Source: Dicyema japonicum
Taxonomy: Eukaryota > Animalia > Dicyemida
DNA: 64,000 bases
Assembly: GCA_011109175.1 (NCBI GenBank)
Contig: RDEW01000003.1
Span: forward strand, 248,001 to 312,000
Direction of reading: 5' to 3'
Below the pieces are notes generated by a model. That model worked only from the letters and a program-made list of their open reading frames with translations, had not been told where the DNA came from and made no database searches. How positions within the stretch are numbered: the stretch's first letter is position 1; each line of letters opens with the position of its first letter. The translations under genes and the position numbers were made by a program. This document shows positions 1-9,574 of the stretch, piece after piece.

Positions 1-150
1 ACTAGAAACAATTGTAGTCACGATGATCTCAGTTATTTCATCATTTTCAAGGATTTTCTTTACATCTGGTGAACCATTCTCGTATTTCAGACTTTTCATA
101 ATTGATGCGAGGAGTCCTTCACCACGATCCCTAGTACTATTGGCTCGCAT
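1..150 (-). CDS. possible 5' part of an unidentified ORF running off the window edge
   Basis: ATG at 150 opens 50 stop-free codons (MRANSTRDRGEGLLASIMKSLKYENGSPDVKKILENDEITEIIVTTIVSS) to base 1; no recognisable motif. Confidence 0.2.
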   Translation of the reverse strand, partial: MRANSTRDRGEGLLASIMKSLKYENGSPDVKKILENDEITEIIVTTIVSS

Positions 151-1580
151 TATGTAAAATCAAGGAAAAAGGTACTTAGTGTCACTAGATGATAGTTTTG
201 ATTCATGAATTAGTATTATGTCAATTTAGAGTAAGTTCCATAATCTTCACTTTAATCCCCTTCTCGTTTAGTTAAATTCTTAGTTTGCGTCGTTCAGAAA
301 CAAGTTTCCGAGATGCCAAGGCCAGAAATTCGTGATCAGGAGCGAAGTGTTCGCCTGGTGGAAAAGAGCCAATGGTTCTTTTTCTCGATGCATTAAGTGC
401 ACCCTGAGCTACTAAAGAACTTTTGTAACATGTGGAACACGTGTAAATGTAAAAACTTAAATAAAAAAGTATCATAAATTAGTAAGAAGGTCTGGTGAAT
501 TCACTCTATGATTTGAAAACTCTCCTTGAGTGGTCCGCCACTGTTTCCACCGTTTTCCGGAAATTTTTTCTCGAATTTCTGCAGAGTAACTTAATAGAGG
601 AGTCTTTTTTAAAGTGACCGAGATTCCTCCGCATAGATAAAATACCTTGGAAAAACGAAAAAAAAACAAAAAAAGATTTACATCCTACGATCTCATATTT
701 TCTAATTTATATGCCAAAAAACGGTTTTTCAAATCGAGTCACCTTCTTACCATTCGTTTTTTTACACAACGGCACAAAAACCATTTCCCCTTTCCCGATT
801 TGGCTCTCCATCGCGGGTCTGGTGTAAGCCACCTTAAAAGATCCATACCCCTCTCTTGAGATATTAAAGAAAATCAAGTGTCATATGAAAATTTTAAATT
901 TCTATAACTGAGCAGCATTGGTGTCACTACCAAATCAGAGGAATTGTTTTACTAATGGAGTCCCATAACATCTGGATTGTTCATATTCAAAAAACCTGAA
1001 GCATTTCAGTTTTTTGGGAAACAAACCTAGCAAGAATAAACGTTGAGAAAATTAATTCCACCCAATCTAGGAAGGTCATCTTTTCACTCACATGGGTTAT
1101 GGCTAGGGCAATATGACCTAAATTAGTTAAAAGCAACCCAAATTTTATTATACATAATTCAAATATGAATTGTTTAAGGTTTCTGTGTTATGCAAGCAAT
1201 AGATTTTTGAACTTTTGCCTTTGTTGCATTTTTAATCCTTTTGATAATGTGTTCAATACCTGTGGTTATCATGGAAATACATTGTGATTCCTTTGGTTTC
1301 GGTAATGACTCTTGTAACCATATGTTTTGTAGTGATAAGTTTTACTTATCAACCCGGACACGAAGATGGCCCCGGGTTCTCATACTATACGACATTAATT
1401 AACTTAATTTTAATCAAATTTATTGCTGTTAGTTGAACTGCTGACGTGGTTCTGAATAATTATGTCTATTCACACATGACGAATGATCTCTTCACACTGG
1501 CGTCATTCAACGTCCGAGGATTAGTGAAGCAGATTTTGAAACGTGTGGAACAAACGGGACCTTGGTTAATATAACGTTCT

Positions 1581-1613
1581 TTGGTTCTGTGAAAGTGCTT
1601 TTAATAATAATAA
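1581..1613 (+). mobile_element. RTE-family 3' tail remnant ending in (TAA)n
   Basis: 'gtgaaagtgctttt(aat)n' matches the end of the RTE element at 29290-29315. Confidence 0.6.
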
Positions 1614-1629
1614 TAGTGCACGTGAGAAC

Positions 1630-1726
1630 CGGTGGCTTCTCCAGTTGATCTCTGTTGCAATCGTAAGAGGCAACGCAACGTCGATAATGTAGGCAGGGAC
1701 CACTTTGGATGGATGGCTGTGTTAAT
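1630..1726 (+). mobile_element. CRE-clade retrotransposon 3' end (5'-truncated)
   Basis: Encodes WLLQLISVAIVRGNATSIM, the CRE C-terminal 'S-A-x-x-RGN' motif; near-identical reverse-complement copy at 30605-30699. Confidence 0.8.
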
Positions 1727-1728
1727 TA

Positions 1729-2102
1729 CAGGGTTTTCCGATTTATTTAATAACTTTGTCATAAAGTTTAATAACTTTGTCAAAATACTTAATAACTTTG
1801 TCAAAATGTTTAATAACTTTGTCAAAATATTTAATAACTTTGTCAAAATATTTAATAACTTTGTCAAAATATTTAATAACTTTGTCAAAATATTTAATAA
1901 CTTGTCAAAATGTTTAATAATTTGTCAAAATACTTAATAACTTTGTCAAAATGTTTAATAATTTGTCAAAATATTTAATAACTTTGTCAAAATGTTTAAT
2001 AACTTTGTCAAAATACTTAATAACTTTGTCAAAGGGTCAAATTAAAAGAAACCAATTTTATAATTAATTGACCCACTTCTCTGACAACTAAGTGTGAGCC
2101 TG
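1729..2102. mobile_element. putative Tc1/mariner-type non-autonomous element enclosing the minisatellite
   Basis: TA|CAGGGTTTTC at the left and CCTG|TA at the right; the left 10 nt equal the MITE end at 49704, and TGACCCACTTCTC near the right end is the reverse complement of that MITE's subterminal GAGAAGTGGGTCA. The two ends match each other poorly. Confidence 0.4.
1747..2033. repeat. 21-bp minisatellite, about 14 units (consensus TTAATAACTTTGTCAAAATAT)
   Basis: Directly visible head-to-tail units of 21 nt with a few 20-nt variants; no unique spacers. Confidence 0.97.
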
Positions 2103-2229
2103 TAGATAAAGAAACTATTAGGCTGAGCGAATCGAATTGTCTGCTATTTTTTTATAATTCTTGGCTCACTAAGAAAGAAATACAAAAGACCGGGTTTTAT
2201 TTTATTACGGAAAACGCAATAAATCAAAA

Positions 2230-2960
2230 TTACTAATCGCTTCTAAACCATTCTCCTTTTAGAAGAGGAGTCGTTTACCTGAAACCCATACATTTCCTCC
2301 TCATCCAAAATACCTGGAACCTCTATAGTGTGCACCCCTTATTTATACTCCACCAACATGTTCTCCAACGTGTTCTTGAGGACAACAGATTGAATGTATG
2401 TTTTTTGACTTCTTGATGCCGTACATTCTGCACAAGTGCAAATGTATACATCTAACCACTTCATCGTGTTTTCTAATGTAGTCGCCGTTAACCATCCTAT
2501 TGCATCGTATAGCCATCTGATCCACCGACTTTTTCGACTTCTTACAATCTGAATCTTTATCCTCAAAAAACAGATTCCTGTCTTGAAGAAGACAATACAA
2601 AGCCACGGATCTCGGACTATTGTTTCCACTGACCAACACTCGGCGGATCCGACAACATCAATATTTTCATCTTCGCAACAATTATGAAGAATAGAGTAGA
2701 GCGACTTTCTCCTGATACTATCATCCGGGATTTCTGTTGATTGTCCTTGATAGCGCAAAGGCTTACTTGGGTGGGGTCCATCTTGTATTTGAAAGCAGGT
2801 TAGTACGATTAATACATAATCTTTCCTTGTTAACAGGTTTTATATGTACGTCAATTAAGCCAATGCTGTAATTATAGAGACAAGCTATGGCTTTGATTGC
2901 TTTAAATAGATTTTCAGCATTGAGTTTCGTATTCACCAATCTCACGATCCTTTTTTTAAA
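2230..2960 (-). mobile_element. R4/Dong-like (REL-endonuclease) non-LTR retrotransposon fragment, degenerate
   Basis: Frameshifted peptides LQDRNLFF...DQMAIRCNRMVNGDYIRKHDEVVRCIHLHLCRMYG (CCHC region) and YIQSVVLKNTLE (C-terminus). Confidence 0.7.
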
Positions 2961-3236
2961 GTTTTTCGGAACCGTTCTCTAAACGTCATACTTCATGACG
3001 ATGCTGGCACCAACAACTTCCTAAGTGGACGATGGGGACGTGTATGCCTCGGAGGACTGAAATCCATCTCACGTCTCCTCTCAACGGAGAAGGATCTCCT
3101 TTATCGTCTGCTAGTCTGCATAAACATTACGATTTTTATCATCAATTATATAAAAGATTTAAATTTTTTTATCTTACTAAAAAAACTAATCGGTTATTTC
3201 GGAAAAAAACTTACTAGAAAAACTAATCGGTAATTT

Positions 3237-3568
3237 GGGATTCGCCGCGTGGCCCATGGTGCTAAGTGGCTAATAGTTGAAGTTTTCTGCTTGTTTTGTT
3301 TGTTCCTATTTTTTCCCTTCCTATTAGAGTGGCGCCATGCTATCCACCTGTCTAGGTGGCGCCCAGTGCCAGGCCGGCACGAAAAAGGATCATTTGTTCT
3401 CCCCGACTCCACTGAAGAGGTTTCCACAACTGCAAGTAATGGGCGTCTTTTTCCTTTTATGCTGATTCCGGATGGACTCTGTTTCTGTAGAAGTGGAAAC
3501 TGGGTACACTTAACTAGTTGTTTACTTTAACTTCTCTCTCGGTGTATCCGGGGTTAATAATAAATAAT
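3237..3568 (+). mobile_element. 330-bp SINE-like element (LINE-3'-derived family), copy 1
   Basis: High similarity to the reverse complement of 33553-33882; flanked by a 19-bp direct repeat (AAAAACTAATCGGTAATTT 3218-3236 / AAAAACTAATTGGTTATTT 3569-3587); A/T-rich tail. Confidence 0.8.
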
Positions 3569-3634
3569 AAAAACTAATTGGTTATTTAAAAAAATATAAG
3601 AAAGAAAATTTTAAGTCAAATAAAATTAATCAAA

Positions 3635-4084
3635 TTAAAATTGGTCTTCAACGTGGAAGTATTCTCCTTTCCAGTTTTTTTCTGAACAATGAACTTTTTT
3701 GCATATACTTTGTAGTTCTCTAACAGGATTATTTCTTTTTTTAATAAAATAAGCTAAGCATTTTTTATGTAATAATTTTATTGGCTGAACAAAAACATCA
3801 AAAAAAACTTCAGATAGTGTCATCATAAACAATCTAAAAACATCTGGAAACAGTTGATAAAACAACAACATTAGTTCTACGCAAACTCTTGGGTTTATAG
3901 TCGTATGATACACCATGAATACTATAAATATGTTAACGTCGATATTCTCGGTATAGTTATTTAAAAAGTATAGAAAAACTTCTATATCCAACATGTTTGG
4001 GTATTCTAAATTATAGACGTTAACCCAACCGGTTATTTTAACAATTTGTTTCGTTCGTTGCTCTTCTCTTTTATAGGCGTTCAT
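3635..4084 (-). CDS. orphan intronless ORF, 149 aa
   Basis: ATG-to-stop 450-nt ORF in very AT-rich DNA where long ORFs are unlikely by chance; hydrophobic middle; no family recognised. Confidence 0.4.
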   Translation of the reverse strand: MNAYKREEQRTKQIVKITGWVNVYNLEYPNMLDIEVFLYFLNNYTENIDVNIFIVFMVYHTTINPRVCVELMLLFYQLFPDVFRLFMMTLSEVFFDVFVQPIKLLHKKCLAYFIKKRNNPVRELQSICKKVHCSEKNWKGEYFHVEDQF

Positions 4085-4169
4085 AAGGAAGACCTAACTG
4101 CTACTTCCTGTTTATATATTTTAATCTAAATTTAAATTACTTTTTCTATATTTTTACTTTTAATTTACT

Positions 4170-4700
4170 GGGTCACTATGGAAGTTGCTTCAACTCATGA
4201 TAAACTCACTCTACATCCAATACATAAACCAACGATCAACTATGGATGCGCTGCATGGGGTACGGGCCGAACAAAAAAACCTGAAAAAGATCGCTGGCTT
4301 GCATGAAACAATTACAAAAATCCACCAACGTTACTTGACTATCCTATTACGACCAACACCATTCGAGACCTTTAGGAGAACGGACGCTCAAATGATACCC
4401 CGAAGCTCCGGTGGGTTCTCTGAGTTTATAGAAAGTATGTTGGGTCGCGGGAAAAATGTCAAGAAAAGTTGAGAAGGCTACTAAGGGAAGCTGGAATCAC
4501 CTGGTGGACTGTATAAAGAGCTATGAAAAATCTTCTATTGTGGTGAGATCAAAGAGCTTTTATGTTTATCTTCAACTCATTTATGAACCTAATTATAAGC
4601 TGAACACACTAAGTAACTGGCGGGGAGTTGTAGGCGGAGATTACATGTTTTTTTCATGGCACAATCTGGTTCGACTATTCAGAGGATACCACACGTTGTG
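4170..4700 (+). mobile_element. APE-type (I/Jockey group) LINE fragment, post-RT region
   Basis: SLYIQYI..PTINYGCAAWG after frameshift correction; same family as 40616-41038. Confidence 0.6.
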
Positions 4701-5589
4701 TTGCGGATAAGGAATCAGGGGTAACAAACTCCACTCCGTTGTTATTTCCCTGAGCATTATGTATTTCTAGCTGCGAAATCTTACATCAATGATCTTCCAT
4801 CGTGCCCACAGCTACACGGAAGTGTCTTAAGTTGTACTTGCACAAGAAATCGATTGGAGGAGATAACTTTTGGCCCAACCGACTTTCCTTTGTGTTTTAC
4901 AGAGATAGGCAAATTGGGTTGAAGAGTTGACTTGTATAATGAGTTGATTCGTGGAGGATTGGTTTTGACAGCCCGAAGCTCCACAAGACAGAGATTATCT
5001 CCGTAGGATAATATCATGGAGTCATTGTCATTTGGTTAATTGGTTTAAGAAGTTGAAAACCCTGAGGTACTCAGTTTGGAGTAATTGGACTTCTATTCAC
5101 TGACATTCTTTCGCCGCCTTCATCCACAACACTCTGTCTATACGTCGCCCTTAGAGGAAGTTGGACAATCAGAACTTCAAATTTGAATGAATGGTCATTC
5201 AAATTAAGGTCACGATGATCTGGTCCCGGTTATCAGAGGACTATGATATCAGCCATTGTGGATGTCTTACGTTGAGATCATCGTTAGTTTCTTCAATATA
5301 GAAAGTGTGATAGGTCGTGGCATATGATTTAGGTCAAGACCCCTGCGTGTCTGTAAAGGCTGGTACAAAATCTCTGATACGTTTTTCACAATTGTTAGTA
5401 GACCATCACCATGGTCTATCCCACGGTCCTTGCGGATATCAAAATAACTAAAAAAATCAGGCACCGAAAAGATAGATTCTTGGTTAATGGCTAGATCCAC
5501 GTGGTGTCCAGAAAAGTCAGAAGTAAAAAAACTGATATCCTAAGCGTTAGCTCTAGAATTGACAAACTTAGACCAGGATGGACTCTACG

Positions 5590-6140
5590 TCATCACTCAC
5601 TAAGATCAGTAGTTTCCTAATAGAGTTTTGGGTACCCTTGTGGATGATGAATTCGTCCGTATTGGGATCTCATTACGACTCGGATTAAAAGTCTGTGTGC
5701 CGCATCGAAGCCGATCGGAGACAAGGTTTACTGTTTGGTTAGCATCAACTCCCCTGCAGGAAGAGTGTGAGCAGATCTCCCAGAAACGTGGCCTTGAACG
5801 AAGTAGTTAGACGAGCTTTGGATGCTGCTAGACATCCTTCTATGCTCAAGTCGGTCGGTTTTTGCAGACTTGACGGTTAACGACCCATCTCCCCCTTTGA
5901 AGCTGGGAAACCTTTTCTCTGAGACGTTATCCTCATCGACACATTCACCCCTTGCAACCAATTTGACGATCAACGATAATTGACTTGGATGTGAAAAGAA
6001 CTGAGCTAGCTAACTCCTCTAAGAGGAGGAGGGGGTTTCTGATATCTCCCGAGTCTATAATTTCGATCATCAACTCGAGAAGAATGGAAACAATAGAGAT
6101 AAGTCATACATGTGACGCTTCCCACCATCTCAAGCTTCAA
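5590..6140 (+). mobile_element. CRE-clade 3' fragment
   Basis: LGTLVDDEFVRIGISLRLGLKVCVPH matches LGTFLDDDSTRIGVCVRLGIDVCAIH of the CRE at 9642-10253. Confidence 0.75.
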
Positions 6141-6606
6141 ATCAATTAACCACTAGGTTACTGGAAAAATAAACGTCTGAGAAAAAATTCATTTCCTTTT
6201 CCTACCAACTTATGGAAAAAAAACTAAAGAGAGATAAGTATTGTAGATACTCTTCTAAGAAGAGAGAATAATTTCCACCGGCTGGGAAAAAGCTAAAATA
6301 AATACTTGATTTATATTTTATTTAAATTTTACATTTTTAAATCAATACTGAAATCTCCGAAAATTAAGAATTCTGCAATTTTCCATAATCAATTAAATTA
6401 ACCACAGTTCAAACCACAAGTTTGCCTTCACTCGACAAATATTATTTTTATTTCCGCCATTCGAGGAGTGAATTAAGCCAAATGAAAAAAATCATCCCCC
6501 AAAAGCGACATTTTATTATACGCTTTATTAACTTGATTTATGCGCTTTTAAATTTATCGCATTCGATCGTTCATATAAAATCATGCAATCACTTGTTTAG
6601 AATATC

Positions 6607-7576
6607 ATGCCTGCAGAAGGGAGGGTTCAGATAATTTTAAAATTTTAGAGGAATTTAGTAAGATTCAATCTTTTGGCGCTATTTGGGTTCCTCGCTGGGA
6701 TCTCAGTCATCGTGGCATCAATTTGTTTTATTGTCTTTAAACCAGACATATCCAACAACATGAGAAAAGAGAATGTAACTTGTAATGCGAATCACACCAA
6801 TGTGCCTCAACGATGGATTGATTTTCTTTGGGTCATCAGTTACCTTTGGGTAGCCTTTTTCATTGGATATGACTGCAGCACTTTCTTCCGGACAGTCAGC
6901 TTAGAAAAGGGAATATTTTTATACAAATTTACTAAATGTGGCTGTCTAAGCTTGATTACTTATATTTTGATCATCATCAAAGCGATCCTCTCGGGGATAT
7001 TTTTCCACTATTCAATGTACTCCGATTACTCCAGTTTAACGATAATCGCGTTCCTAATTTCATTTACAGCCAACATTAACTACATCATAATCGCTATACG
7101 AATTGAAAATTGCTTTAAACGACTGACTGATATTGACAGACTGCCAGATATTTGGTTTTTACGAGTCCTTGGACTTAATGGGATGGCCTTTTTTGCTTCT
7201 TGGACTACCTTCCTTGGAATTACATGTCTCATGGCTGTTTTTAAAAGAAAACTATCTCCCTCATTTATCTCAGAGTCCAGAAAAGATTTGTATTTTGGCA
7301 TACTTACTGTGGATCATTGTCCTATTTCTAGTGGAACTCATCTTTTTCGACCGTTATTTTAGGTATTCCATCGCTTATTATTTTTGTGCTTTAATAAATG
7401 GAAGTTCAATCCTTCTGGAATGTTCGAGATATTATTATGGCACGTGGCCTCAACAATATAATTTTCAATTGTCCCTAATCGGCTCCGCCTTGTTTATGTT
7501 TGTGGTAAAACTTGTAGTGGCGATAACTTTGAATTGTAGAAGAATAAAATCTGAAGATATATTTAATATCATTTAA
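6607..7576 (+). CDS. multi-pass membrane protein of an uncharacterised animal family (W-x-x-R-V-L-x-x-N-G-x-A-F-x-A-x-W-T-T motif)
   Basis: ATG 6607 (MPAEGR), 24-nt GT-AG intron 6625-6648, then RNLVRFNLLALFGF...; several hydrophobic helices; DIWFLRVLGLNGMAFFASWTT; a frame change near 7238-7246 (T5A4 run, or a 37-nt intron 7237-7273) joins ...ICILAYLLWIIVLFLVELIFFDRYFRY; stop at 7576. Confidence 0.7.
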
Positions 7577-7676
7577 AATTATCAGAAAATAACATAAAAT
7601 GACCAAATTAGTTTTAACCAATTTCGGTGTCCTTTTTTCATTGTTATAACTTTATTCAGTTGTAAATGGTTATTGG

Positions 7677-9200
7677 TAGGGCAACCAATTGCAATAAATT
7701 GCAATTAAATATAACTTACTAAAAGTTAGACAAATAATAATAATTATTTTTTAGTTATATTTTTCCAATTTAAAATTGCAATTTCTTGCAATTTTAGTCA
7801 ATGGTCGAAACTTTTTGCAATTATTTTTTCAAATAAAAATTGTTTAAATATTTTTTTAGATTTGATTAAAACAAACGTTTAAATATTTTTAAAATAATTT
7901 AAAATTAATTAAGAATTAACAGTTTTTTAAAGTGTTATAATTGTTTCTTGTAAATTGCAAGAAATTGCAATTTTAAATTGGAAAAATATAAATGGTAATA
8001 TAAATGGGTACTATTTCACAGAAAATTTCTTTTTATGCAAAAAAAATCCCAAAGTTTGTTATTGACGGAGAGGGGAATTTATTTTGTTCCAATTGCTCGA
8101 CTGTTGTACGATGTGATACAAATTTTTTTGACGACGTCGTTCCACAAAAAGACATTTGAAAAGGCACAGTATTTTTCTGAGTTTAAATTATAGAAGAGTA
8201 TAACCCATATCAGAGTTCACAAACATTCATTTCCGAGATAACCGATACTAGAGAAAGTTGGACTATAAAAGTAACAGAAAGATTTCTGGAGGCAAATATC
8301 CAAAATTCAAAATGAGACACCCTTCTCTCATACGCATTTTTGAAGATGAAACATCATTTGCCATCCGAATCTACATGTATGCCAAATATAAGACAAATCT
8401 CAAAATGTAAAATATATACTATTCAGAATCTATTAATGTTATTTTTTGAAGTTATTAAGAATGGGGAATTTGTTTTTCTGTTTTGTGAGGAAGCTCAAGT
8501 CAACGGAACTCGCTTTTTAATTACTCTGATTGGGAAAATTTTTGCTGCAAAAAAATCTTCATCTTATATCGTATAACAACCTACATTCTCCGCCTACCAT
8601 TCAACAATTTGTGTTGAAGTTGATGAAATAATGAAAAAATTTTCAATTGAACGTCAAAAGTTCGTCTTATTTGTCACAGATGCCGCAAAATATATGACAA
8701 GTGGTAGGAATAAGCTAATTTTAGCTGGGACCCCAATAAATTTTTTATTTCCAAATCTTTTCTACGTCACTTTTGATTCACATCTATTACACTAAGAATA
8801 AATCCTACTTCACAGATGTTGATAACCTGATTTTTTATTTAAAGGCTGTCACGGTGAAAAACAAAAGACGCTGGAAATTTTCTCACAAATAGGAAATCCA
8901 CCTGAAGTTGTTGTCACAAAATGGGGAAGCTGGCTAAAAGCAGCCAAATATTAACTCCAGAATCTTCCAGAAATTATTAAAATTGTCTCCGAATTTGAAG
9001 AGATGGAGTTTCAATAAAAATGTTTCGATTTTTAATTATTTTAGGCCAAAGAATCAGTTAATATTCCCACGTTGTTTTTAAGTTTAACCAAATCAGCTCA
9101 AATTATTTGGTTTTAATTGAAATAATTTCAAAATGCAATTTTTACAATTAATTTTTTTTGAAATTTTTATTTTAAAAATTGCAATTTTCTGGTTGCTCTA
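7677..9200 (+). mobile_element. hAT-superfamily DNA transposon, decayed transposase
   Basis: TIRs TAGGGCAACCA (7677-7687) / TGGTTGCTCTA (9190-9200); 8-bp flanks GTTATTGG/GTTATTCA (6 of 8 match); remnants FVLFVTDAAKYM and PPEVVVTKWGSWLKAA. Confidence 0.8.
7756..7990. repeat. perfect 39-bp inverted repeat inside the hAT left end
   Basis: 7756-7794 TATATTTTTCCAATTTAAAATTGCAATTTCTTGCAATTT is the exact reverse complement of 7952-7990. Confidence 0.9.
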
Positions 9201-9229
9201 GTTATTCATAGTTAATTTCTCATGTCACC

Positions 9230-9515
9230 ACGGTAAGGTCCATGCGGTTTTTGTTAAAGATTTCTCATTTTTTTGTTCCTACTCTTCCCATGTTCTCGTC
9301 AAGTGATGCTCAGTTCCAGGGTGATAGAAAAAAGATTATTGCTTTCACCACTCCACTGAAGGGTTTCACAAATTTCAATGACTGAACGTTTTCTTCCCTT
9401 TCTGTGGTTTTGGATGTACTTGTGTGGCATTGGAAGGACTCTGGTTCTGTGACAGTGGATACTAGATAGTTGTTAACTATTAACTTCCTTCTCTGTGTAT
9501 CTTGGGTTAATAAAA
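9230..9515 (+). mobile_element. diverged LINE/SINE 3' tail related to the 330-bp family
   Basis: Shares CTCCACTGAAG.GGTTTC and the TTAACTTC..CT.TGTGTATC.TGGGTTAATAA terminus with 3237-3568. Confidence 0.55.
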
Positions 9516-9574
9516 TTAATAAAATTAATTTTTTTTAAATCAATAACAATTTATTGAAAAATTAAACCAAATAG

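Noticed and set aside
1601-1937. Repeat proteins from ORFs 1601-1888 and 1632-1937
   Set aside because: They are translations of the stop-free 21-bp minisatellite plus a CRE end.
1747-2033. CRISPR array
   Set aside because: Units are head-to-tail without unique spacers, there are no cas genes, and the context is eukaryotic.
3342-3390. Hammerhead or HDV ribozyme in the three-way-junction motif
   Set aside because: GAAA follows one hairpin in two copies, but the CUGANGA core is absent and I could not build an HDV double pseudoknot.
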